A stretch of DNA of 64,000 nucleotides, taken from assembly GCA_035995565.1 (NCBI GenBank), contig DASYKK010000017.1:2286-66285 (forward strand), read 5' to 3'. Source of the DNA: Candidatus Angelobacter sp. GTDB lineage: Bacteria; Acidobacteriota; Terriglobia; Terriglobales; Acidobacteriaceae. The translations under genes and the position numbers were made by a program. The first letter of the stretch is position 1; the number at the start of each line of letters is the position of its first letter. Below are positions 1-8,497 of this stretch, one piece after another. The notes beneath the pieces are model-generated. The model was given only the letters and a program-made list of their open reading frames with translations. It made no database searches and was not told the DNA's origin.

Positions 1-309
1 GCCCGCGCTGGATATCGCCCGCCAGTTCCGCGGATGGACATACCTGCGCCGGGCGAAAACGCCCTTGCGACGTTGCGTCTGGGAATCCATCTAATGAAGC
101 AGGCTGAATACATCAGCGACCATGATGTGAAGGTCGCGACCAAAGTGGCTGAGGTAATCTGCGGCGGCAACGTTACGCCGGGAACGCCGGTGAGTGAGCA
201 GTACATCCTGGACCTGGAGCGAGAAGGCTTCAAGTCGCTCTGCGGCGAGAAGAAGACGCAGGAACGGATACAGTTCACGCTGAAAACCGGCAAGCCGCTG
301 AGGAACTAG
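1..309 (+). CDS. 3-hydroxyacyl-CoA dehydrogenase family protein, C-terminal fragment (FadN-like; N-terminus outside window)
   Basis: Frame 1 is open from nt 1. It ends ...[38 protein letters not shown], which I recognise as the typical C-terminus of long FadN-type 3-hydroxyacyl-CoA dehydrogenases. Thiolase and acyl-CoA dehydrogenase genes follow, as in fadN-fadA-fadE operons. Confidence 0.8.
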   Translation, partial: ARAGYRPPVPRMDIPAPGENALATLRLGIHLMKQAEYISDHDVKVATKVAEVICGGNVTPGTPVSEQYILDLEREGFKSLCGEKKTQERIQFTLKTGKPLRN

Positions 310-953
310 TGAAAAAACGCGGACTCGTTATCTTAGGCGTGGTGGTGTTGCTGGGAGCGTGGCTGATGGTGATCGGCTACGAGTTCCTGGAAAAAGAGAA
401 CGCTCTTTTTCAAAAGAACGTGAAAGCGGCGAAAGAAGACCAGCAGCGTTGCGTGGCGCGAAATTCAAAGTATCGGAATTATGACCAGTTTCGTACCAGT
501 ATCCGCGTGCCATACACGAGCGATTTGCCGCTGGAGCGCTGGATGCGCCAATACAACACGGTGCGCGCCGGCATGAGCGAGTCGGAAGTCGAAATCATTC
601 TGGGCGCTCCGGATTATGCTCGCTGTGATGTGACTAAGCAAGGCGATAAGTTTGTGGGCTCGACGTGGTTGTATGCAGTGGTGGTTCCGCAGGACGTGGC
701 GAATGACAGCCAGAACAGCGGAATTCAGATTGTCTTTGGACCGGACGGAAAACTGACGGACAAGAATGCGATGAACATGCAGCCCAAGCCGAGCCCAACG
801 CCGACGCCCGTTGCAACGGCAACACCGTCAGCGACGCCGGAGAGTTCGCCATCGCCGACAGCTTCGCCGTCGCCGAGTCCGGTGCTGACGCCAAGTCCGA
901 CGCCGGAAAGTATGCCGTCAGCGACAGCAACACCGAGTCCGACGCCGCAATGA
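309..953 (+). CDS. membrane-anchored BamE/SmpA_OmlA-like protein with Pro/Ser/Thr-rich C-terminal tail
   Basis: GTG start overlaps the upstream stop (TAGTG). N-terminal hydrophobic anchor [36 protein letters not shown]...IVFGPDGKL resembles the BamE fold pattern. The last ~60 aa are low complexity ([40 protein letters not shown]...). Confidence 0.6.
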   Translation: MKKRGLVILGVVVLLGAWLMVIGYEFLEKENALFQKNVKAAKEDQQRCVARNSKYRNYDQFRTSIRVPYTSDLPLERWMRQYNTVRAGMSESEVEIILGAPDYARCDVTKQGDKFVGSTWLYAVVVPQDVANDSQNSGIQIVFGPDGKLTDKNAMNMQPKPSPTPTPVATATPSATPESSPSPTASPSPSPVLTPSPTPESMPSATATPSPTPQ

Positions 954-1153
954 GGGAACAGATGAACCGTAAATACGCTGTCGTTTATGAGCGGTCAGGA
1001 ACGGGCTGGGCGGCTTATGTTACAGAGCTTCCAGGACTGGGAGTTGCTGGACGAACGCGGAAACACGTGGCTACGCTCATACGAGAAGGTATTAGGTTTC
1101 ATCTCGAAGGTCTAAGAGAAAAACGAGATCACAAGCCAAAGGCTAAGAGCTAG
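950..1153 (+). CDS. HicB-family (UPF0150) antitoxin-like protein, no HicA partner seen
   Basis: ATGA overlap with the upstream [50 protein letters not shown] fits the HicB N-terminal domain pattern. An alternative start is ATG 962. Confidence 0.7.
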   Translation: MREQMNRKYAVVYERSGTGWAAYVTELPGLGVAGRTRKHVATLIREGIRFHLEGLREKRDHKPKAKS

Positions 1154-1177
1154 CGGCTAGTTGCCAGGAGCATTTTT

Positions 1178-2356
1178 ATGCGTGAAGTCGTAATAGCGAG
1201 TTCTGTTCGTACCGCAGTCGGAAAATCAGGCAAAGGCACTTTGCGCGCCACGCGTCCAGACGATCTGGCGGCGGTCGCCATTAGAGGCGCGCTGGATCGT
1301 ATCCCGCAGCTCGACAAAAAAGAGATTGAAGATGTGATTATCGGCTGTGCTACGCCGGAAGCCGAGCAGGGAATGAACGTGGCCCGCATTGCTTCGCTAC
1401 GCGCGGGGTTGCCGGTGGAAGTGTCAGCGATGACCATCAATCGCTTCTGCTCGTCGGGATTGCAGGCCATCTCGCTGGCGGTGGACTCGGTAGCGGCGGG
1501 CCGCGCTGAGATCGCGATCGGCGGCGGGACTGAGTCGATGAGCATGATCCCCATGGGCGGGAACAAGGTTTCTATCAATCCATGGCTGATGGACAACTAT
1601 CCTGACAGCTATCTTTCCATGGGGCTTACGGCAGAGCGGCTGGCCAAAAGGTTTGGCATCACTCGGCAGCAGGCGGACGAATTTTCCTTGAACAGCCACA
1701 AGAAGGCTATCGCGGCCATCCAGGCGGGCAGGTTTGAGGATGAGATTGTGCCGGTACCGGTAAGCTTTACCACGCCTAATGGCTCCAAGCCTAAACGTAT
1801 GGAAATCGTATTCAAGGTCGATGAAGGTCCCCGCGCGGAATCTACGTTGGAAGCCCTGGCGGCCCTGAAGCCGGCTTTCCATGCCAGGGGAAGCGTTACG
1901 GCAGGGAATTCGTCGCAGACTTCGGACGGCGCGGCCGCAACGGTCGTAATGTCCAGTGACAAAGCCCGGGAACTCGGCATCAAACCAATGGCGCGTTTTG
2001 TGGCATTTGCCACTGCAGGCTATCTGCCGGAAGAAATGGGCCTGGGACCGGTCTATGCCATTCCCAAAGTCCTGAAGATCGCAGGGCTGAAGCTGGAAGA
2101 TATCGACGTGTTTGAGCTCAACGAGGCATTTGCCGCGCAGGCGCTCTCCGTTATTAAGGAAGCCGGGCTTGATCCGAACAAGATCAATCCTAACGGGGGA
2201 GCGGTGGCATTGGGGCATCCGCTGGGATGTACCGGCGCGAAACTGACAGCGACGATTTTGCGTGAGCTGAAACGCCGGAATGGCCGATATGGAATTGTGA
2301 CAATGTGCATCGGAGGCGGCATGGGCGCGGCGGGGGTTTTCGAGAACATTGCATGA
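1178..2356 (+). CDS. fadA: acetyl-CoA C-acyltransferase (thiolase)
   Basis: AGGAG RBS upstream. Thiolase hallmarks are present: [11 protein letters not shown] (active-site Cys), [44 protein letters not shown]. Confidence 0.95.
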   Translation: MREVVIASSVRTAVGKSGKGTLRATRPDDLAAVAIRGALDRIPQLDKKEIEDVIIGCATPEAEQGMNVARIASLRAGLPVEVSAMTINRFCSSGLQAISLAVDSVAAGRAEIAIGGGTESMSMIPMGGNKVSINPWLMDNYPDSYLSMGLTAERLAKRFGITRQQADEFSLNSHKKAIAAIQAGRFEDEIVPVPVSFTTPNGSKPKRMEIVFKVDEGPRAESTLEALAALKPAFHARGSVTAGNSSQTSDGAAATVVMSSDKARELGIKPMARFVAFATAGYLPEEMGLGPVYAIPKVLKIAGLKLEDIDVFELNEAFAAQALSVIKEAGLDPNKINPNGGAVALGHPLGCTGAKLTATILRELKRRNGRYGIVTMCIGGGMGAAGVFENIA

Positions 2357-2781
2357 GTTCTTCACCACAGAGGGCACAGAGTGGCACAGAGGTGACCGGA
2401 GTTAATCAGGTCACACATGCAATCATCGGCGCCGCCATGAAGGTACATTCTGCGCTCGGACCGGGACTGCTAGAAAGCGCTTATGAGGCTTGTCTGGTTC
2501 ACGAATTGCGTAAGGCCGGATTCAGGGTTGCACAACAAGCGGAATTGCCCGTTATCTACGATGGAGTTCGGATTGATCTTGGTTATCGACTTGACCTCAT
2601 TGTGAATGACTGCGTTATTGTTGAGCTGAAATGTGTTGAGAAGATCGCTGCTGTGCATGAAGCGCAACTTATTTCTTATATGAAGTTGAGTAAGAAAAAT
2701 GTTGGCTTATTAATCAATTTTCACGTGCGGCACCTTAAAGATGGAATAAAAAGATTTGTGGAGGGAACAGACTGGAACTGA
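2353..2781 (+). CDS. GxxExxY protein (PD-(D/E)XK nuclease superfamily)
   Basis: [34 protein letters not shown]...[18 protein letters not shown]...[12 protein letters not shown] is the GxxExxY family pattern. The start is uncertain: ATG 2353 overlaps the thiolase stop, while GTG 2392 would leave the 9-mer array non-coding. Confidence 0.85.
   Translation: MSSSPQRAQSGTEVTGVNQVTHAIIGAAMKVHSALGPGLLESAYEACLVHELRKAGFRVAQQAELPVIYDGVRIDLGYRLDLIVNDCVIVELKCVEKIAAVHEAQLISYMKLSKKNVGLLINFHVRHLKDGIKRFVEGTDWN
2365..2392. repeat. array of three ~9-nt units (ccacagagg gcacagagt g gcacagagg), left arm of an inverted pair flanking the GxxExxY gene
   Basis: Read directly from the DNA. It matches the reverse complement of 2782-2808 (ccacagagg acacagagg aacacagag). 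Confidence 0.8.
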
Positions 2782-2808
2782 CTCTGTGTTCCTCTGTGTC
2801 CTCTGTGG
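2782..2808. repeat. array of three in-phase 9-nt units (ctctgtgtt cctctgtgt cctctgtgg), right arm, followed by TAAA
   Basis: Read directly from the DNA. It starts immediately after the GxxExxY stop codon and is inverted relative to 2365-2392. Confidence 0.8.
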
Positions 2809-2823
2809 TAAATAAGGAGATTT

Positions 2824-4623
2824 ATGGCTACAGCAACAGTCCCAAACAAAATTAAACTGGCGGGCGGAAGTTTTCTGATTGAAGAGCACGCAACTGACCA
2901 GGTTTTTACCCTGGAAGACCTGAGCGAAGAGCACCAGCAGATTGCGCAGACCACGCAGGACTTTGCCCGCAATGAGATTCTGCCTAACGCGGAGAAGATC
3001 GAGCACAAGGAATTTGCGGTCACGCGTGGTCTGATCCGCAAGGCCTGCGAAATCGGCATTGCCAACGTGGACATTCCAGAGCAGTACGGCGGCTCGGACA
3101 TGGATAAGATTTCTTCGGCGATTATCGCCGAGCATCTTTCCGTCTCCGGCAGTTTCAGCGTGGCGTTCGGCGGCCATACGGGAATCGGCACGTTGCCAAT
3201 CGTTTATTTCGGCACGCCGGCACAGAAGGCGCAGTATCTGCCCAAGCTGGCGACGGGCGAGTTGATCGCCGCATACGCGCTGTCCGAGTCCACGTCGGCT
3301 TCTGACGCCATGAACGCCCGCACCAAGGCTGTGCTCTCTCCCGACGGCAAAGAGTGGATCCTGAACGGCGAAAAAATGTGGATCACCAACGGCGGCTTTG
3401 CCGACGTGGTTATCATCTTTGCCAAGGTCGATGGCGAGAAGTTCAGCGCATTTATCGTGGAACGGACGTTCCACGGATTCTCGTCGGGCGCCGAAGAAAA
3501 GAAGCTCGGCATCCGCGGGTCTTCGACGACGCCGATCATCTTGAACGACTGCCGCGTGCCCAAAGAAAATCTGCTGGGCGAAATCGGTAAAGGCCATGTC
3601 ATCGCTTTCAACACGCTGAACATCGGCCGCTACAAGCTGGGCGCCGGCGTGGTGGGCGGCGCGCGCAATGCGCTGAATAATTCAATCGGCTATGCCAAGC
3701 AGCGCAAGGCGTTCGGCAAGACGCTGGCTGATTTCGGCATCATCCAGGAAAAGCTGGCGAACATGGCAGCTGGGATTTACACCGGCGAATGTATGTCTTA
3801 CCGCACGGTAGGCATGATCGACTCGGCAATGTCCGATATCGACAAGAACTCACCCGACGTTTACAAAGAAACCGCCAAGGGCATTGAAGAGTACGCGGTG
3901 GAGTGCTCCATCCTGAAAGTGTTTGGCTCGGAGATGCTGGATTACGTTGTGGACGAGACAGTGCAGATTTACGGCGGCTACGGTTTCGTGGAGGAGTACC
4001 CGGCGGAACGGGCGTATCGGGATTCGCGCGTGAACCGCATCTTTGAAGGCACCAACGAGATCAACCGCATGATCATCACCGGATGGCTCCTGAAGCGCGC
4101 GATGAAAGGCCAGCTGCCGCTTATGCCGGCGATCAAGAAGCTGACGGAAGAGATTATGTCGGGACCGAGTTCGGCGGAGCCGCTGGAAGGTCCGCTGGCC
4201 GCCGAGCGCACGCTGGTAAGCAACGCCAAGAAGGCCGCGCTGATGCTGGCCGGAGCGGCGGTGCAGAAGTATATGACGGCGATCGAGCAGCAGCAGGAAA
4301 TTCTTTCCGCGATTGCGGACATGGTGATTGAAATCTTCGCCATGGACTCCGTGGCGCTGCGCACGCAGAAACTGATCGAGCGCCAGGGTGAAGGGAAGTC
4401 CGCTCTGGCAGTTGCTATGGCCCAGGTGAGCCTGACCAACTCCATGGACAAGATCGAAGCGGCGGCCAAGAAAGTTGTAGCGGCGGTTTCTGAAGGCGAC
4501 ATGCTGCGCACGCAGATGGTCATTCTGCGGCGATTGTTCAAACATGAGCCATTCAACGTAATCGCGCTGACCCAGCAGATTGCCGCGCGTTTGATTGAGG
4601 CAGGGAAGTACGTGCGGGCGTAA
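2824..4623 (+). CDS. fadE: long acyl-CoA dehydrogenase (FadE-type)
   Basis: GGAG RBS. ACAD motifs are present: YALSESTSASDA, GEKMWITNGG, IYGGYGFVEEYPAERAYRDSRVNRIFEGTNEINR. It has the extended C-terminal domain typical of ~600-aa FadE proteins. Confidence 0.95.
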   Translation: MATATVPNKIKLAGGSFLIEEHATDQVFTLEDLSEEHQQIAQTTQDFARNEILPNAEKIEHKEFAVTRGLIRKACEIGIANVDIPEQYGGSDMDKISSAIIAEHLSVSGSFSVAFGGHTGIGTLPIVYFGTPAQKAQYLPKLATGELIAAYALSESTSASDAMNARTKAVLSPDGKEWILNGEKMWITNGGFADVVIIFAKVDGEKFSAFIVERTFHGFSSGAEEKKLGIRGSSTTPIILNDCRVPKENLLGEIGKGHVIAFNTLNIGRYKLGAGVVGGARNALNNSIGYAKQRKAFGKTLADFGIIQEKLANMAAGIYTGECMSYRTVGMIDSAMSDIDKNSPDVYKETAKGIEEYAVECSILKVFGSEMLDYVVDETVQIYGGYGFVEEYPAERAYRDSRVNRIFEGTNEINRMIITGWLLKRAMKGQLPLMPAIKKLTEEIMSGPSSAEPLEGPLAAERTLVSNAKKAALMLAGAAVQKYMTAIEQQQEILSAIADMVIEIFAMDSVALRTQKLIERQGEGKSALAVAMAQVSLTNSMDKIEAAAKKVVAAVSEGDMLRTQMVILRRLFKHEPFNVIALTQQIAARLIEAGKYVRA

Positions 4624-4636
4624 ACCCCACATCTCA

Positions 4637-4662
4637 CCACGGAGACACGGAGGCACGGAGAA
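4637..4662. repeat. solo copy of the 9-mer array family (ccacggag acacggagg cacggagaa)
   Basis: It lies directly after the acyl-CoA dehydrogenase stop. It has the same periodicity and RCACRGAGG-like consensus as 2365-2392, and is followed by gaagatccgggcatccgatccc. Confidence 0.65.
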
Positions 4663-4775
4663 GATCCGGGCATCCGATCCCGTATTTTCCGCAAGTGGAA
4701 AGGGATATTCGTAACTAACAGATTGTGAATCACCACGCGGCTGGCTATCATCTTTTGGCCAGCCGTTTATTTTTT

Positions 4776-5252
4776 ATGAATACAGAATGCAATCGCATCG
4801 CTTATCAACTTGCCGCAACCATCAACGGAGAAGCGTGGTACGGAGATTCGCTGCGTGAAATTCTGGCGGGCGTGACAGCCGAGCAGGCGCGAGCCCATCC
4901 GATTCCGAATGCACATTCCATCTGGGAACTAATCGTCCACATTGAGGCGTGGATTAATTTCGCTCAGGGCGCGATGGAGGGAACTCCCATTCCGCCGTGG
5001 CCTGCCATGCCGAAAGAACTGGACTGGCCGCCCGTCGGCGGGGCGAGCGACCACGCATGGAAAGAAGTATTGGAATCATTCTTTGCCAGCCACCTGAAGA
5101 TTGCCGAGAAAATAAAGACTTTCGGGGACGAGCGCCTGGAATCAACCGTACCAGGCAGGACTTACAATTTTTACCGGCTCTTCCAAAGCACGACGCAGCA
5201 CGCCGTCTATCATTCGGGACAGATTGCGTTGCTGAAGAAGATAGCGGCGTAA
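4776..5252 (+). CDS. DinB-family (DinB_2) four-helix-bundle protein
   Basis: GEAWYGDSLREIL...HSIWELIVHIEAW...HAVYHSGQIALLKK shows the DinB-family His triad pattern. The start is taken at MNTECNR; the ORF is open from 4725. Confidence 0.8.
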   Translation: MNTECNRIAYQLAATINGEAWYGDSLREILAGVTAEQARAHPIPNAHSIWELIVHIEAWINFAQGAMEGTPIPPWPAMPKELDWPPVGGASDHAWKEVLESFFASHLKIAEKIKTFGDERLESTVPGRTYNFYRLFQSTTQHAVYHSGQIALLKKIAA

Positions 5253-5266
5253 ATTTCGTACTCATC

Positions 5267-6709
5267 CTATTTTGTTGAAGCTGTTTCCGTTGCCTCTTCC
5301 ACCGGAGCGCTGCCCGTCATCTCTTCCGGTGGAGCGCCACCGGCCATCTGCTGGGCCACGATCATTTCGCGCGCTGCGGGCCGGAGGGCAGGTAGTTTAG
5401 ACCAGAAAATACCCGCGCCCACAATTGCCACAACGCCGCCGATTCCGACGGTCAGCGGGGCGCCCAACTTGTGGGCGAGGCTGCCGGCAAGCAGCGCTCC
5501 CATAGGAGCCATCCCCATAAAGGTCATGGCATACACAGACATCACGCGGCCGCGCAGGCGGTCCGGAACCATGCTCTGAATCAGTGTGTTTGAAGATGCC
5601 ATCTGGATCATCATGCAGTAGCCGGCGGGCACCAGCAGCACCGCTGAGAGCCAGAGCGAGCGCGAAAAAGAAAACAGCAGCAATGCTGAACCGAAACCGG
5701 CGCACGATGCTGCCACCCAGTTGCCCAGGCCGTAGACGGTCTTTCTCATCGCGAGCGTAATCGCGGCGCCCAGGGCGCCAATGCCGGAACAGCCCATGAG
5801 CAATCCCAAGGCCTGAGCGCCGCCATGGAGTATCTTGTCGGCAAAGAGCGGCATGAGCACCGCATAAGGCATGGCAGTAAAACTCACCAGTCCCAACAGC
5901 AACATAAGAGCGCGGACCGGGCCGTTTTGAGCGACAAAGCGGAAGCCCTCAATGATATTTTCAAGAGCGGATCCTTCGATTGCCATGCGCGGACGATCGA
6001 TCTTCATCATAGCCAGACCCGCGATGACTGCCAGAAAGCTAACGCCATTGGCAAAGAAGCACCAGCCTTCTCCGATGGCAGCGACCACGATTCCAGCCAG
6101 AGCCGGTCCCACAACGCGAGCGCCGTTGAACATGGAAGAGTTGAGCGCAATGGCATTTACCAGGTCGCCGCGCGAAACCATATCAACCACAAAGGCCTGG
6201 CGGGCCGGGAGATCAATCGCGTTGACAACGCCGGTAAGGGCAGCCAGCGTGACAACCTGCCAAATCTTTACACGGTGCGAAAGAGTGACCCACGCCAGCA
6301 TGAACGTGAGCAGCATCATGGCGGACTGAGTGGCAATCAGGATCTTTCGACGGTCGTAGCGGTCCGCCAGGGCCCCGCCGATGGGCGCCAGCAGAAAAAC
6401 TGGAATCTGCGAAGCAAAAGCTACTGTCCCCAGTAGTAGGGCGGATCCGGTAAGCCGGTACACAAGCCATGCTTCGGCGACCTGGTCCATCCATGTGCCA
6501 ATGAGCGAAATCAACTGACCGGCAAAAAATAATCGATAGTTGCTATGACGCAAGGCGCGCAGGGATTCAGGCCATCTGGAATTAAGGCTGCCGGCGGTGG
6601 GTTGAGGAAGATCGTCTGGCATCTGGCCATTAGATGCTTTCTGGGCCGAAAACAATAACCTATTTAGACACGTGCGATTAGCTGCCGTGGCCTCTCCAGT
6701 CCGTACCAC
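5267..6709 (-). CDS. MFS transporter (12-TM, EntS/MFS_3-like)
   Basis: Hydrophobic throughout. It has the MFS loop motif GGALADRYDRRKILI and a second-half repeat. GTG 6709 is preceded by AGGAA; an alternative start is ATG 6622. It is convergent with the DinB gene, 14 nt apart. Confidence 0.85.
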   Translation of the reverse strand: MVRTGEATAANRTCLNRLLFSAQKASNGQMPDDLPQPTAGSLNSRWPESLRALRHSNYRLFFAGQLISLIGTWMDQVAEAWLVYRLTGSALLLGTVAFASQIPVFLLAPIGGALADRYDRRKILIATQSAMMLLTFMLAWVTLSHRVKIWQVVTLAALTGVVNAIDLPARQAFVVDMVSRGDLVNAIALNSSMFNGARVVGPALAGIVVAAIGEGWCFFANGVSFLAVIAGLAMMKIDRPRMAIEGSALENIIEGFRFVAQNGPVRALMLLLGLVSFTAMPYAVLMPLFADKILHGGAQALGLLMGCSGIGALGAAITLAMRKTVYGLGNWVAASCAGFGSALLLFSFSRSLWLSAVLLVPAGYCMMIQMASSNTLIQSMVPDRLRGRVMSVYAMTFMGMAPMGALLAGSLAHKLGAPLTVGIGGVVAIVGAGIFWSKLPALRPAAREMIVAQQMAGGAPPEEMTGSAPVEEATETASTK

Positions 6710-6976
6710 TCAAATCTGTTTCCTGCTGCAAGGGCGGCCGGCGCATTACCTGGGATTAAGCGACGGGCAAGGCTTGAGTATGCAAAAAACCCAATAAAAA
6801 TCGCATGATTCTCGCATTTTTCTATTTACATAAAATCGGTGACAGGTTATCGTTGGTGAACCTCGCGAGTTGCTCGAATGTCTCCCCTTCCGCAATAGAA
6901 GGCGATCAAGCGCTTGGAACAGCTGTCCCCTGTATTTGCTTTTGCCCAACCCTCAACTCAGGAGAAACACAAAGAT

Positions 6977-8269
6977 ATGGTCAGGAAATCAATTTGTCTG
7001 AGCGCGCTGCTCGCGCTCGGCATGGTAGGAAGTTCGTTTGCCCAAAACCTTACAGATGCAGCCCAGGCACAGGTTGGAACCAGCTCGGATTCGTCCACTG
7101 GAGCAGCCCACGCAATTACACCGCAATTAATTCACAGTGTGCCCTCAGAACTGGTCGCTGATGATTCTACTAACGGCCCCTCAAGCATTGCCGGCAATCC
7201 CGGTGGCGTCCCGAACGTCATCTCGGTTCCAAACTTCAGCCGGTCTTTCACTTTCGGCGGAACAACATTCCCCTACACCATGATTGGTAATGATCCATCG
7301 CTTGGCCACCGCACTACGATTTCTACCAAGATCGTCGCCGTGTCCCTGCGATTGTTGAATGCGGATGGAACCGTTCTCACTACGGTGGATGCCGGAGAAT
7401 TTGTACAGCCCACGCTAAATTCCCCCAATTTCCAGAGGTTCAAGTACGAGCACGATGGCAGCTCGGGAATCCCCGGCGAACCGACGCAGTTCTCTGATGC
7501 AATCCAACGTGCCGAGTTCTTCAGTTCGATGGAGCCCAACTGGCACACTGAACTGAGCCCCAGCCTGGTTGACAGCATCACGATCACGGTCCCGAAATTT
7601 GTGAATGTTCGCTTCCGCGGACAGATTGTGCAGGCGCTTAATTATCAGTCCGGCATCGCCGCTGATGGTCACCGCTTCGTGCTGATGTTCAACCTATTCT
7701 TCAACCAGCAGCTTGGCGTCATCATGAATAATGAAATTGATGCGGGCCGCTTTACTACCAACGACATCAACCTGCCGTTGTTCCCCAACACTTTCCTGTT
7801 CTCGTTCAACCCCAACAACCCGAAACTGCGCGGCAGCTGCTGTGTTCTTGGCTTCCATACCTATTTCACGGATGGGGCCGTTCCGGAAAGCCGCTGGATC
7901 ACAGATTACGCCAGCTATATTTCTCCCGGAATTTTCGGTGGCGGGTTTGAAGACGTAACCGCGATCAGCCATGAGATCGCAGAAACCTTCAATGATCCCT
8001 TCGTCAACAACGTCACCCCGCGGTGGCAGTTCCCAGGCCAACCCGGCGCTTGCCAAGGCAACCTGGAAACAGGAGACCCGGTCGAAGTCCTGGCGAATGC
8101 GACGTTCCCTGTAACCCTGAAAAACAAAGGCGTGGAGACTACGTACCATCCGCAGACCGAGGCTTTATTGCAATGGTTTGCACAGACGGTCCCGTCTGAT
8201 GCTCTTCACGGCGCCTATAGCTACCCTGACCTGACAGCGTTGCCTACAGCTGCAACTCTTTGCCACTAA
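6977..8269 (+). CDS. secreted hypothetical protein, paralogue 1 of a tandem pair
   Basis: AGGAG RBS and signal peptide MVRKSICLSALLALGMVGSSFAQN. It shares FPYTMIGNDP, CCVLGFHTYF, DVTAISHEIAETFNDPFVN, WQFPG, C-x-NLE-GDP-EVL, TYHPQ and LLQWF blocks with the next gene. Confidence 0.7.
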   Translation: MVRKSICLSALLALGMVGSSFAQNLTDAAQAQVGTSSDSSTGAAHAITPQLIHSVPSELVADDSTNGPSSIAGNPGGVPNVISVPNFSRSFTFGGTTFPYTMIGNDPSLGHRTTISTKIVAVSLRLLNADGTVLTTVDAGEFVQPTLNSPNFQRFKYEHDGSSGIPGEPTQFSDAIQRAEFFSSMEPNWHTELSPSLVDSITITVPKFVNVRFRGQIVQALNYQSGIAADGHRFVLMFNLFFNQQLGVIMNNEIDAGRFTTNDINLPLFPNTFLFSFNPNNPKLRGSCCVLGFHTYFTDGAVPESRWITDYASYISPGIFGGGFEDVTAISHEIAETFNDPFVNNVTPRWQFPGQPGACQGNLETGDPVEVLANATFPVTLKNKGVETTYHPQTEALLQWFAQTVPSDALHGAYSYPDLTALPTAATLCH

Positions 8270-8296
8270 ATAGCGGCTGAACTTGTGGAAAACGTA

Positions 8297-8330
8297 AGCG
8301 GGATCGAGACATCGGTCCCGCTTTTTACAT
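8297..8330 (+). terminator. intrinsic terminator
   Basis: The stem gcgggatcg / cggtcccgc (9 bp including one G-U) has a 6-nt loop and is followed by tttttacattt. It sits 28 nt after the stop codon. Confidence 0.75.
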
Positions 8331-8497
8331 TTCCCACGCGTTTGCTGGCTTTCCTGCCTCCTGCGGGCCATAAAACCGGATTTCTGGCGCAATTTCGCAT
8401 TTACTTCCAATCCAGAGAAGCGTATTGTTCTTTGGCCAGCTTCTACTCTCAAGTTTGGTATTTGGAGCACCTCAGCTCCCTCTCAGGAGATACACCT

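Noticed and set aside
780-950. Repetitive DNA encoding the PSPTPT tail; considered as a tandem repeat or CRISPR-like array
   Set aside because: The repeats are short, imperfect and in-frame within a CDS. There is no repeat-spacer organisation, so this is low-complexity coding sequence.
1424-4656. Minus-strand ORFs 1424-2377, 2710-3597 and 3850-4656, and similar ones opposite the NRPS/PKS genes (e.g. 28059-28868, 29741-30562, 53393-54067, 55937-56590)
   Set aside because: Each overlaps a plus-strand gene with strong family motifs. The translations are Arg-rich low-information sequence, and there are no RBS or domain signatures.
6825-6853. TTTACA-N17-TATCGT, a possible promoter for the first secreted paralogue
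   Set aside because: It is a motif-only match in an AT-rich spacer where such matches arise by chance, and there is no supporting evidence. It was therefore not listed as a feature.
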